A DNA stretch of 64,000 nt from Geosiphon pyriformis uo1 (GCA_016748015.1 JAAOMT010000436.1:1424847-1488846), one strand, 5' to 3'. Shown: positions 26,301-39,250, counted from the stretch's first letter. Notes: a model not told the origin generated them from the sequence alone. A program made the numbers and translations.

Positions 26301-27271
26301 GATCGGATAATTACAGGATATCCAATCTGACTAGCAGCTGTTAGTGCATCATCCAGTGTCGAAACGGCAACGGATTGGGCCACTGGGATGCCAATCTCTG
26401 TGAAAGGAAAAAAATGGTAAGTTTCAAATCTACAAAAAGACCGAAATCCACCCAATCATTTTTACTTGCCTTTCAGCGCTTTTGAAAATTCATCTCGATC
26501 CTCACTAATTTCCAGAGTCCTAATCGGGGTGCCCAATACTTTGACTCCCAATCGGGAGAATACACCCATCGAGTTGAGCTTAATCCCACAGTTTAGGGCA
26601 GTTTGCCCACCAAAAGTAAGTAATATACCATCTGGGCGTTCTCTCTCTAAAACGTGTTCAAGGTATTCAACGGTTACAGGGAGAAAATAAACTGTATCGG
26701 CCAATTCGTGTGACGTTTGAATAGTAGCAATATTTGGATTAACCAAGATAGTATTTACACCCGATTCTTTTAGAGCTTTGATTGCCTGAGATCCTATTTG
26801 TTAAAAGAAATAAAAAGTTAGGATAAGATATTTCATGTATAATTTAGCTGGTTGCTCACCCGAATAATCGAATTCTCCGGCCTGACCGATCGATAGGCCA
26901 CCTGAACCAACTACTAATACTTTCTTCACATCGACTTTGGGAACTTTTTGTAATACCACCTCATCAACCTCTTTTCCGTAGACAGATGGAGGTAATTCAT
27001 TGTATCCATAATGTTCAGTGGCGGTACTATAGAAGTGGTATGATACTCTAGCAGCTTTACTATTGTATCGTGAAGGTAAAAAGCTTCCAGAAAATGAAGG
27101 AATCCTGCGATTTTTACCAATGCTGGGAAGGATTAATCGATAGGAATTTGATGTTGAGGTAGAGTTGTGAATTTTGCGTAATGAGACCGGTGAAACCACA
27201 CAAGAATTTCGAGAATAATTTAATGTTGAACAAGCTGGGGTTTTCCCCCGTTTACAAAGATTACGAAGCAT
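23301..27271 (-). CDS. CPA2: Carbamoyl-phosphate synthase, arginine-specific large chain, mitochondrial; exons 27271-26860, 26793-26470, 26397-25896, 25811-25547, 25475-24556, 24465-23301 (1195 aa)
   Basis: Hallmark CPS motifs [85 protein letters not shown] and a C-terminal MGS-like domain. Arg/Ser-rich N-terminal presequence; no glutaminase, DHOase or ATCase fusion. The spliced exons sum to 3588 nt in frame. Confidence 0.95.
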
Positions 27272-27858
27272 TTTAAATTCCTCTTTGATTAATTAGTATT
27301 TAGACATCACAAATAAAAGTACTGAAAGCCAAATATCTTTCGTCAATCCTCAGCAACAAATGGGAAGAAAAATCATTAGCTAAGAAGAGCTAATGTACAA
27401 GAATGGTGAGCAGTGAATTGTAGAGGTAGCTACGCAGAAGGTTACGGGGAAGCCTTTGAAATAACCCAGTTAAGAAAAAGCCGCAAGGAATGTTTTCTGG
27501 AAGGTTGCCTAACGTGGAATTATGAAGTGTCTTGAGGCTAAAATAGTACATAAACAGTGAGGTAAATGGAACATGGTCAAAAAAACCAGCTGGTGGATGG
27601 GAGGAAAATCCCAAGTAATTTGGAGAATGGAATGCCGCGGGACATACCTTGCTTCTCAGCAAAAAACGATTGATGGATAGCAAAGATGAAGCGCGTTACA
27701 TTTCCATCTAATAATTTTAATGCAATCCATCAAAATTAGATAAAAATGATCTAAATTTGGTTAAGAAAGGGATGAAGCTGGTTGATCATCTATTTTTTGT
27801 GTCGACAACTTATAAAGGTTAGTTGAAAAATAAATAAATACTAATACAATCTAATATA

Positions 27859-30136
27859 GGGAATCGCTAAATCGACCCACCCCCAACATGTGATATCATT
27901 TACGTCATAGTTTCGTATTCACCAATATATAGGAACATATTAACCAGTTTATAATCAAAGAGCTCTAGAATATTATGGTAAGATATAATTTAATAACAAA
28001 TAAACTTAATAAGTTTTTTTTGATTTTACAAGTAATTACATCTTTTTATAAAATTACAGATTATATTCAATATGATGTTTACATACTCCCAAGAATATGT
28101 AGTTACAAAACGACGCTCTGCTGCTAATGTTATTGGGGAAATGAATATAATGCTTCTAAAAGACTTGTATTAAAAGATTGACAACAAAAAACAGCAACTC
28201 GATTAACAAACTGCCCTTTTACTGTATATGGACGATTACTCAAAGCTGATGAACGCTGGCATTTAACAGTTTGCAATGCTGAACATAATCATGAGCCATC
28301 TGATAATATTGCTGGACATTCTGCTGTTCGACAACTTAAATCCAAACAGAAAGTATTAGTTTCACAAATGTTAAGTGCAGGGATTGCACCAAAGGCAATT
28401 TTAACAGCATTACGACAGGAAGATCTTGAACAACATGTAATTTCAAAGACTATTTATAATGAATAGGCACATCTTCGAAAAATAGTGCTTGCTAATCATC
28501 CATCTATACTGGCATTATTGAAAACACTTAAAGAGACGAATTATCAATATGACTATGCTTGTAATATTGCCAATGATACACATTTGTTTTATGCACATTT
28601 TGGATGTATTGCGCTTGCTCAAAGATATCTATATACTGTTCTAATGGATTGCACATATAAAACAAATCAATTTCAGATGCCTGCGCTTCATATTATTAGC
28701 ATGAGTAACTTCAATTCATTTTTTACAGTTGTTATTGCTTTTATTCGTGAAGAAACACAAGCATACTATCAATGGGCTTTAGAGCAAGTTGCAAAGCTTT
28801 ATATACATATTAAGCCAATTACTATTATTATGGACTGAGAATATGTATTAATGCATGTATTTTCTTTTACTTTTTTTATATCTACACATTTACTTTGTGT
28901 TTAACATATTCAAAAGAATGTACTTGCCAATTGTAAAAAGTACTTTGCAAATAGAAATGACTGAAACAATTTTTATTCAGAATAAACTGATATTATTTAA
29001 TTTGCATTATTAAAAATATTTAATATCAAATAGAATACATTGAGTTATAAGTATTCAGCAATTTCAGCTTTAACAAATTATTCATTAATAACTTGGATTT
29101 TATACAAAGAAAAATTTGTTGTCACTTGGATTAATAAGAGTATATACTTTGGTAATATTAATTTATTATGAATAAAAAGTTAACATGCTCAATTAAAAAA
29201 CTATTTCAAAGTTTTAACAAAAAATTTACAAAATATTCAATTACAGGTATCATATGTCTTTAAAAATACAATTAAAAAAATTAAAATACAACAAAATATT
29301 AAGCATATTTGAATTTATTATAATCACAATATTCTTTTTTTTCAAAATATTATATAATAAATTTTAATTTTGTCTTAAAACAGTTTATAAATAGTATTTT
29401 TTTGTATGAAAACTATTAAATAATAATATAACATTTTGTTTTAGTGTTTTTTAACAATAATAAATTTTTTATATAAACATTAAATTTGAAATATGTTTAT
29501 TATTAAAAAAAAAATTTTATAAATTAGTTTTATTTTATTTTAATATTTAGTAAATACAAATTATATTTTTATAATAATTAATTTTAAATAATTATTCTAA
29601 GTTGGATTTATTGTTTAAAGAAATAAATTGAATATATTAATTTTTAATTCCATATTAATAAGAAGTTATACATATTTAATTAATTCAAATTTTAATTAAC
29701 AAACTTAAAAATGTTTTTTAGATGCTTTAAATTGTTTTTAACAAATTATTGCTTATCAAAAATTATTTATTCAACAAAATTTATTTTAATTTAAAATTAT
29801 TAAAAATATTTTTTCTTAAATATTTTTTTTTTATTCACTTAATGAATGAGATCCAAATACTATCTAGTGCTTAAGTATATAAATATAAAATTTGTAAAAA
29901 ACAAGATTATAATATTTAAATCTGTTTACAATAAAGTTTTTTTTAATTATAAAACATTATAAATTACTTAAAATATAATAAAAAATTAAATATATAATTT
30001 ATATTTAATTTTATATAAGAAAAAGTTATTTTTTATTTTAATTAAATTAATATTTATTAAGATTACTAATAAATAAATATTACATATTATAAATAAGTTA
30101 ATTTAGCAAAAAAAGTAAATCGATTTAACAATTTTC
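27859..30136 (+). mobile_element. Mutator-like (MULE) DNA transposon, copy A
   Basis: Left TIR GGGAATCGCTAAATCGACCCAC... at 27859; eroded right TIR ...gtaaatcgatttaacaattttc ending at 30136; transposase remnants inside. No clean TSD seen. Confidence 0.85.
28081..29300 (+). pseudogene. MULE transposase (FAR1-like DNA-binding region + DDE domain), progressively degraded toward the 3' end
   Basis: RLTNCPFTVYG...WHLTVCNAEHNHEP; VLMDCTYKTNQFQMP; AFIREETQAYYQWALE; IIMD*E; HLLCV*HIQKNV. Confidence 0.88.
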
Positions 30137-30504
30137 TTATTTTTAAAAAAATATGTAAAAAAATATAATGTTTTAATTAAAAAAATATAAAATTAAAAAC
30201 TAATTTACTATGTAATTTTTTTAATAAATCTATTTACTATTTTTTTTAATTAATATAAAACTTTTGAATAAATTTAAATTAAATCTAAAATTTTTATTAT
30301 TATGGTTTTTATTAATATTAATACTATTTTAAAATTACTTTTTATATATAAATTTTTAGACTTACAGATTTAAAATATATTTTTTTGAATTTTAATAGTT
30401 TTAAAGATTAATTTTTTTTGGAAAATATTGTTTAAATATATTTTTTAACATTAATACTCCTTTACAAAATTTGAAATCTGGATTTTTTTAAACATATTTA
30501 TGTT

Positions 30505-30815
30505 TATTACTTATAAAAAAAATAGAAAAATAATTAATAATAAAAACATATAATATAAATTAATCAATTATATATTAATTAAATAATATGATACTAAAAA
30601 TTTTAAAAATACCAAAAATTTTAAGAATATTAATTAGAATATTAAAAATACCAGAAATTTTAAGAATATTAATAATAATTTAAAAATAATTAAAAATATT
30701 AGAATATTTTATATTATAAAAATTATATATATATAATATTATTATTAAAAAAAAAAGAATATTAAAATTTGAATTAAATTAAAAATTTAATAATTAAAAT
30801 AAATTTGTTTTTTAA
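30505..30815 (+). mobile_element. Possible fossil LTR start (same group as 1-464, opposite orientation) with an eroded tandem array
   Basis: tattacttataaaaaaaatagaaaaata resembles the reverse complement of the LTR terminus at 464 (tgttacttataaaatataggaaata). It is followed by aataccaaaaattttaagaat-type repeats and a tatatatata box in the same order. Confidence 0.4.
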
Positions 30816-30823
30816 TAACATAT

Positions 30824-33800
30824 AATAAAACAATAAAACAAAAACTTTTTATCTCTTTAATTTTATGACCATGACTAGAGCAAAGAGTAAAAAAGCTGCA
30901 TTTAATATTTTTTTTAAGATATCTAATAAAATTTCAACCAAAAGAGCTTTTTTTGTTGTAGAAGCAATTAAACAAAATATTTTAAAAGTTTTCTTTTTAT
31001 CTGATAATCATGAAAAGCTGTCTTTAGTAACTACTAAAGCAATTTTCTTATTTTTGGCTAGTTTTTCATCAGTCAAAGTTCCTTCAAAGAGACATACTTG
31101 GGTTAGTTCTAGTATTGTTTCCACTCTTATTAAGAGTTCAAAAGTGTTTAATAATAGACTAATTAACAAGCTGATATTTTTCTTCATAGTGTTACTGGAG
31201 GTTTTTGGTCTCTTTTCTTAAATGTTGGTAATGTTGATTTGCTGTGAATTTACGTTTTCAGGAAGTAGTTGAACCTTCAATAACTAAATTTATCTTCAAA
31301 TTATCTCCTATAATTTGAACTGCTGGGCTTATAAGTGGAATGACCAATTTCTTGCCAGTTACTTTATGTAGTTATGTTGTAGTAAACGTCAACTCTTTCC
31401 CAGAAATTGTTCGTCTAGAAGCTCACTAAAAATGTGTAGTTACTTTGCTGTAAAAGTCAACTCTTCTACAGGAATCTTGTCTGTAGGCTACCCTAATGAT
31501 TGTAATAAGAAAAATAAAAGAAAATAAAAGAAATGTAAAAGAAATAGAATTTTATCAAGGAAAACGTTTTCTATCCAGACCTGGAGTCACTAACAGTTTA
31601 TTGAAATTGGTAGCTAATCAATTTCGAAATGTTAGTTGGGTTTTGGGGATTTTCCAAGTACAATAATTAAAGAATTTGGTTTTTCGAATTATTTGATATT
31701 TATTTTTTTTTGTGTGTATAGGAACGGTTTTAAGAGATAAATCTAAAGTAAGATACATTTTCCAGAAGAGAAAAACTCTTCTTTTATACAACTTGTTGTA
31801 GTACTAGTTTATGAACTTGCACTTTTTCTCTTTGCCCAAATTCTGGCAAACTAAAGATACATTTTGATGAACTACAAGTTATTTTGCTGAACTATTGATT
31901 AATTTGGGTGAACTATTCATAATTTCGGTGAATTTCTGTAAATTTCGGCGAATTTTTGAATATTACAAAGTTCAGGGTATTGTGTAATTTGATCATTTTA
32001 CTTTCTGTTATACTAATTAGATTATTTTAATTGAATCGTGATATGTGATAATTGATTAAATAACAAATGATAATTTGAAATGATATTAATATACTAATGA
32101 ATTATAGAAATTATAAGGGTAATTTCATGCTAATTAATAGCTAAAATTCTACTGGTAACAATAGCTTTAACATCTGGTGTTATTAACACCTTCTTTTCAA
32201 AAAAAATCGTCAAAAAGACCAAAAGTTTAGAAAATTGGGAACAGTTGCTTGCTTCTGCTATTGTTACACCGAATTTCTTTGTGGTTCTAAATGAGATCTC
32301 TGATAAGATCTCTGTTATATTATCCAAGATAGGCCAAGATCAACCACTAACTGTGTTGTCAAATATGGTGTCTTTCAACAGATCATTACTGGTTTTAAAA
32401 GCAAAACAATTATCTCTTGTGATGTTAACTGTTCTTGAGAACTGGGCTAACCAAATGGAGACTGAATTATTTTCTTCTCTGATTTTTGGTACTGCTGCTG
32501 GTGATGCTTGAAAAACTATTACTAGTTGTTAAGGTTTGCTGAATAGATGGCTTTCACTTTGATGTTTAGTGCTTCTTTTAAGATCAAATTGGCTTATATT
32601 AAGGCTGTTTTTTAGTTTATACATGGTTTTTTGGATGTGAAATCTGTTTTTAAAGACAATATAAAACTTTTCTATATGGAGTTTGCTTCTTAAAGTTCTC
32701 TAGATACTGTATTTTTGGTTGAGTTTACAAGCTCTGTTTATTTTATTACTTTCAAAATTGCCAAGTCTTTGGTGGTTTCTGAGTCTGGTTCTCTTTTTGT
32801 TGCTGTTATGCTGTGTAATATGTCTTTGGGTGTATCTGCTGCTGACATTAAAATAGTTCTTGATGTGTTTGGTAGTATCACTTGTGTTATGCTGAAGTCT
32901 GTTAGCATTTGGCAGTATGTGGTTGTTTATTTTAAATAATTAGACTCTGCTATGTCTGCTTTAAATTATTGGTCAATTTTGGTAAATAAAGTTAGTATTA
33001 GAATTCTTCCCTTAATGAATCAGAATAAAACTATTCTATCTCATAATAAATTTAAGACTAAGTTGGTTAATTTCTTTTTTGGTTGCACAGTTTTTGAAAT
33101 TAGTAATATAATTTCTCAAGTCGGTAGTTGGACATGTTTTATTCTCTGTTTTCTTAAGTCTGGTTATTGTTTCCAGTTTGCTCTGATTATATTTGGTTCT
33201 CTGATTAATTTGAATACAGTAGTACTAAAAATTAATACACTAAAGAAGTGTCATATCTAGTAGAAGACTTCTGGTAATTAGTGCTGTTTTCAATGCCAAG
33301 ATTCAGATCATTTGGTTTTGGATTATAAGATGTTTCCATTTTTTTCTTTTAAAGCTCCCAAGATATTTACCTCTTGTGGTGTTAGTAACCAGTTTTATGT
33401 CAAAGCTACTGCTTTTGTGCTTTTTTAATCTCTAATAATTTGGATAGTTTGGCTTTTTTTACTAAAATCACATCTGACAATTCTGTGGTCTCTTTTCAGT
33501 TGATATCTTTGGAATCTAATTTGGTCAAGCTTACTACTTTGGTTAATTTTATTGTTAAACCAATTGGTTCTTTGGTTGAAGTGTTTAAGCAATTTATTAA
33601 TAGAGATTTGACTTTAAGTAGTAATATTGGTCTTAAGTTTAAAGAAGTTTTAATATATATAAGTAATTTTAACAAAGCTGTAGATAAGTTGGAGCAGAAT
33701 ATGATTGCCTTAAAGAATAAATGTGGTTTTAATGGCATTGATATATTTGGCTCTTATGTAGATTTGTCTGATTTTAATAATAACATATTTTTTAACTTAA

Positions 33801-34090
33801 TATTACTTTGAAAACATGAATCAGCTGATATTAAATCAAATGTTTTTAGAACAGCTAATTGGTTGGTGGATTTGGTTTCTAATAGTGCTTTATTGTTTGA
33901 GATTGTTCATAGAATGTTATTTTTGGATAAGTTTTTTTCTAATGTATCAAATATAATATAGTTTAAATTGGTTTGAGTAGCTGGTTATATATAGTAAGTA
34001 CATGAATTATATTTAGCCCTGAATTACTTAATTTAGTCCTAATTTCTATTTAAAGATTGGATCATATTCATTAAAACTTTAATAAAAAAA
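30824..34090 (+). mobile_element. ORF1-only non-autonomous non-LTR retroelement, copy A (interrupted by a solo LTR)
   Basis: Short 5' leader, ATG at 30865, one degraded gag-like ORF, LINE-type 3' UTR and poly(A) at ~34081-34092. Colinear with copy B; no EN or RT sequence. Confidence 0.85.
31190..32160 (-). mobile_element. Solo LTR (971 bp, TG...CA) of the family at 48632-51271
   Basis: Reverse-complement match to 50300-51271; 4-bp TSD ATAG (31186-31189, 32161-32164). The uninterrupted site ttccatagcttcaac is seen in copy B at ~34455. Confidence 0.95.
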
Positions 34091-34103
34091 AACATATTTA
34101 TTA

Positions 34104-36398
34104 ATTAACATAAACACTTTTTGTCTCCTTAATTTTATGACTATAACCAAAGCAAAGAGTAAAAAAGCTGCACATAATATCTTTCTTAAGATATTTAATA
34201 AAATTTCAACCAAAAAAGCTCTTTTTGTTGTAAAAGCAACTAAGCAGAACATTTTAGAAGCTTTTCTTTTATCTAATAATCATAAAAAGCTGTTTTTGGT
34301 GGCTATTGAAGCAACTTCCTCATTTTTGGCTAGTTTTTTACCAATCAAAGTTCTCTTAAAGAGACATACTTAAATTAGTTCCAGTATTGTCTCCACTCCT
34401 ACTAAGAACCCAAAAATGTTTAATAATAGACTAGTTAATAAGCTGGTATTTCTTTCCATAGCTTCAACATCTGGTGTTACTAGCATCTTTTCTTCAAAAA
34501 AATGGTCAAAAAGACCAAAAGTTCAGAAAAGTAGAGACAGTTAATTGTCTTTGCTATTATTACACCAAATCTTTTTGTGGTTTCAAATGAGATCTCAGAT
34601 AAAATCTTTGTTGTATTATCTGACACATCATTTAAAATAGGCTAAGATCAACCACTGGCTATATTGTCAAATGTAGTGTTTTTCAGCAGATTATTGCTGA
34701 TTTTAGAAGCAAAAAAACCATTTTCTGTTGGGTTATTTGTTCTTAAAAACTGGATTAATCAAATGAAAACTGATTTATTTTCTCCTCTGATTTTTGATGC
34801 TGTTGCTGGTGGTGTTTGAGAAACTATTACTAATTGTTAAAGGTTTGCTGGATGAATGGCCTCTATTCTAGTGTTTAGTGCTATTTTTAAGATCAAATTG
34901 ACTTATATTAAGACTGGCTTTTAGTTTGTACATGGTTTTTTGGGTGCAAAATCTGTTTCTAAGGACAATGTGAAGCTCTTTTGTATGGAGTTTGCTTTTT
35001 AAAGTTCTCTAAATGCTGTATTTTTGGTTGAGCTTACAAGCTCTGTTTGTCTTGTTACTTTTAAAATTGCCAAATCTTTGGTAATTTCTGAGTCTGGTTC
35101 CTCTTTTGCTGCTGTTGTGCTACATAATGTGTCTTTGGGTGTATCTGTTATTGACATTAAGACAGCTCTTGGTGTGTTTGGTAGTATTATTTATGTCATG
35201 CTGAAGTCTGCTGGTATTTGGCAATATGTGGTTGTTTATTTTGAAGAGTTGGACTCTGCTGTATCTGCTTTGAATTATTAGTCAATTTTGGTGAACAAAA
35301 ATAATATTAGGATCCTTCTCTTGATGAATTAAAATAAAACTATTCTGTTTTATGATAAGTTTAAAACCAAGTTAGTCAATTTTCCCTCTGGCTGCATAGT
35401 TTTTGAAATTAATAATATGATTTCTCAAGTTAGTGGTCAAACATGTTTTATTTCTCACTCTTCTGAGTCTGATTATTGTTCCTGGTTTGCCCTGGTTACA
35501 TTTGGTTTTCTGGTTGATTTGAATGCTATGGTTTTAAAAACTGGTATATTGAAAAAATGCTATATTTGGTAGGAAATTTCTAGTAATTAGTACTGTTTTT
35601 GATATCAAGATTTAGATCATCTGGCTTTGGATTGCAAAGTGTCTTTACCTCTTCTTTTTAAGATTTCCAAGATATTTATCTTTTGTGGTGTTGGTAACAA
35701 GTCTTATGTTAAAGCTGCTGCTTCTGTGTTTTCTTCGGTTTCTAATACTTTGGACAGTTTAGTTCTTTTTACTAAAATCACATTTGATGATTCTGTGGTC
35801 TTTTTTTAGCTGACATATTTGGAATCTGATTTGGCCAAGCTTTCTACTTTGGTTAATTTTATTGTTAAACCAATTGGTTTTTTGGTTAAATTATTTGAAC
35901 AGTTTATTAATAGAAATTTGGCTTTAAATAGTAATATTAGTCTTAAGTTTAAAGAGATTTTGGTACATATGGGTACTTTTAGCAAGACTGTGGATAAGTT
36001 GAAGTGGAATATGGTTGTCCCAAAAAATAAATATGGTTTTAATAATGTTAATATATCAGGCCCCCATATAGATTTGTCTAATTTTAATAATAACATGTTT
36101 TTTAACTTAATGTTATTCTGAGAGCATGAATTGATTGATGTTAAATCAGATGTTTTTAGAACAGTTAATTGATTGGTGGGTTTGGTCTTTAATAGTGCTT
36201 TATTGTTTAAGATTGTTCAAAAAATGTCATCTTGGATAAGTTTTCTTTTAATATATCAAATATAGTATAGTCTAAACTGGTTCGAGTAGCTGGTTATATA
36301 TAATAAGTGCATAAATCATATTTAGCTTTAGATCACTTAGTTTGGTCCTAATTTTTAATTAATGGTTGGGCCATATTCATTAAAATTTAAAAAAAAAA
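34104..36398 (+). mobile_element. ORF1-only non-autonomous non-LTR retroelement, copy B (~2.3 kb)
   Basis: ATG at 34137; degraded ORF of roughly 700 codons with an RRM-like segment (AVVLHNVSLGVSVIDIKTALGVFGSI), knuckle remnant and coiled coil; 3' UTR and poly(A); TSD AACATATTTATTA at 34091-34103 and 36399-36411. Confidence 0.88.
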
Positions 36399-37266
36399 AA
36401 CATATTTATTATTTATAATAAGATTTCAATATTTGGTCTGATTTAGTTCAAATTTAATTAAATCATCAAATTGAACTAAATTCAAATAGAAGATTTGGCA
36501 AAATTTTAAACTTAAACAAGATTGGGTTTTATGAAAACACAGTAAAAATCTTGATTAGCTAATATTATCAGCACTAAAAAAAATTCTTGTTATTTTAATT
36601 AAATGATAAAACTTGTTGTAATTTTTGGCTTGTTTGTGTGTTAAATTATGAATCATATTTTATTTTGTTAAACTTTATTATAATGTTTTTTGTCAAAATT
36701 AAAAATGATATTTTAACTAATTTAATCCTTAATTGTCACAAAATTGTTATTCCAAATTATATATAAACTCAATTAATTTTAATTAATATAATGTTAAGTT
36801 TTACATTTGTAATTTTATCTTTAGTTAAAACATTAAAATACATAGTAATTACTAAATATAACCCAAAATAAAGTGATTAATTAAGTAAAAAAACACAAAC
36901 CAATTTTTAATATTTTAAAAAAGTTCAATAGATATTTTATTAATATTGCATTCTTTTTTATTTATTATGCATTCTTTTCATTGAGAAAATATGAGTTTTT
37001 TATGTAATATATATTTGTTATATCAGCAATTAGAAAGATTTCTCCTATTAAAGGTTTGAATCCATCACATTCTGACAAGATATACATGTGTGCCTGTATC
37101 GATTACCACAACAGAATACATTTTTATTGCCACCGATTTATTGTTTGTAGATGAGGTTTATGATTATATATAAATATATTTTTGTTTGCTTGCATGACGA
37201 ACACCTAGATACTTGAAATGTTTAATTCAATTTTGAATAATAATTTTATATCTGAAAAAATCAAAA

Positions 37267-37804
37267 TGAGATCCATCTTTAAAACGATGCTAAAAAATGA
37301 TTGCTATAGAAAGAGGTGAATTATGTCTTTCAAATCGGTTTATAGCCTGCAAAGAACTATTACATTGGAATCTGCTAAAGGACATGAATGGGAAACAAAT
37401 CTTAATAGTGTTAAACATCCCGGATCCTGCTGTTTACAATGTTCACTCAGAAACCCTTACAGTTGGAAATGTTAAACAAATTGCATTTAGCATAAATGAA
37501 TAATCTTTCCAAGGAATATATTAATATTAATTTGCCGTTACACTGGGGTTGTACAAGAGGACATGAATGGAATGCACCATTCGCAAATATTAATAGAGCA
37601 AAAGAACATGGTGTTCATATTGTGCGGGCTGTGGTGGAACAAGATATACCATTGAAGATGCAAAAAATGAAAATACCTTTCAAAGAATTTATCAATGCTA
37701 GTTTGCCATTATTATGGCGTTGCGCCGTAGGCCATGAATGGAATACCCATCTCTAATGTAAAATATAAAACGTAAAATTGTTTCTAATTATTTGGGGCCA
37801 CCTT
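37267..37804 (+). pseudogene. Frameshifted fragment of a repeated zinc-ribbon (W.C..GH.W...WC..C) protein
   Basis: Three repeats: IAIERGELCLSNRF..LLHW/KGHEWETNLNSVK, LSKEYININLPLHWGCTRGHEWNAPF and KEFINASLPLLWRCAVGHEWNTHL, then RKIVSNYLGPP. The frames are broken. Confidence 0.7.
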
Positions 37805-39250
37805 CATACATTCCCTGACCTTTCTTCCTGTTTGTCTTTTTTTGGTGTAGTTGTAGGTTTAGCGAGTTGCGCAGTTCTAGATGGAGTCGAAGGACGCGAA
37901 GGAGGGTGAGTAATTTCTTGTAAAAAAGACTCATCCTCAGGCTCATTTTTTAATACTTCAATGCAACGTTTGATGCGTAACTTTGCCCGAAGAATATTTG
38001 TAATTATAGTGATCATCAAGATGCAAAGGAAGGTTTCTCGTATTCTCTTTTCTAAGGCGTAAACATGAACCACCTCCATAATCCATAAGAAGCTGTTGTA
38101 ATTGGAGGCGCGAATGTAACAGCCCCACAATTTCAGATTTTCTTGCCTATATCTTCATTAGGATTGACCACATTTGATTGTTGATGAAATATGTCTTTCT
38201 AAATTTTTGAGTTTTAAAAATCACCCAAATGTTTCCGATGTTTTTGCTACTTCGATTCCCCCGTACTCATAGCCATTAACTGTATTTTGAAAAATGCTAT
38301 CAATTCGACGTCCAAGTGCTTTTCTCTGTCCTTTTATTTATCATTTTTTCGGTTACTTGATGCAATGCTACATGTCTCACAAGTTCTATATTGGGAATAT
38401 TTAAGAATGCTTTGTCAATTAATATACTCCAAATATCGATTGCATACCATCCCTCTGCATGTGGTTGCATCAATCGGTTCTTTGGTGATTCACATTCATC
38501 CAACAAATAAGTAAAAACCTGGTGTATGTATTGGTAATCGAAATGTTGTTTTTGTTTATATATTGTCTCAAGCCAAGGTTCCATAACATGCACTCGCATT
38601 TCTGAAGGGGTCTTCTTTTTATAATTAAGCAAATGTTTTGCCAGATTCTCGTCACTACCCCGGTGCTGTTTTTCTATTAGTGTTCATGATTTCCTCCCAT
38701 TCTTTTTTGATAAACAAGTTCTTGATGTTATCATCTGATGTATCGACAATAAAAGAATGAACTGGTTGCTCATATTCAAATTTCGATGAATGTGCATAAA
38801 GTAGGTCTTCGACACTTCTTCCTGAAGATAAATGCCATTTTCTTTCTTTTTCGATTTTTTGGAATGCTATTTCATAAGATGGCCGGGTTTTGTCTTTTTA
38901 TCTGAATTAAAGATTATAAAAGAAAGAATGTCAATCATCAAGTTTTGAATTAATTGAAACACGTTGATATCACTTACTCTTTTCTTTTCACTATAGTCAG
39001 AATCCGATGAATTTGACGCTTCCAAATTTTCATTATAATATATGGGTTTTCTCTCTCTAAGAACCATTCTTGTCACGGATGATTCCCTAAAGTGAAGTCT
39101 TAAATCACTTTAATGTGTCTAACAATTTTGAGATCAATGATTGTGCTCTTAACTGGATTCACCTTTTCTTCAACTTTTGAGAAACTATGCCTGCATTTAG
39201 TATGTGAGATATTCGTCGCATGATTTCCATTTGATGTTATTCCATTATTC
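37804..39250 (-). pseudogene. Degraded gene of an expanded Mucoromycota family with a putative PD-(D/E)XK-like nuclease C-terminus
   Basis: Frame-broken segments KWHLSSGRSVEDLLY...HSFIVDTSD, EGWYAIDIWSILIDKAF, GRRIDSIF...YEYGGIEVAK and EIVGLLHS...LLMDYGGG. Family assignment is from recall of similar proteins; the start is not determined. Confidence 0.55.

Noticed and set aside
27390-27683. 97-aa ORF upstream of CPA2 as an arginine attenuator peptide
   Set aside because: It has a TTG start and no resemblance to the AAP motif, and AAP belongs to the small-subunit gene.
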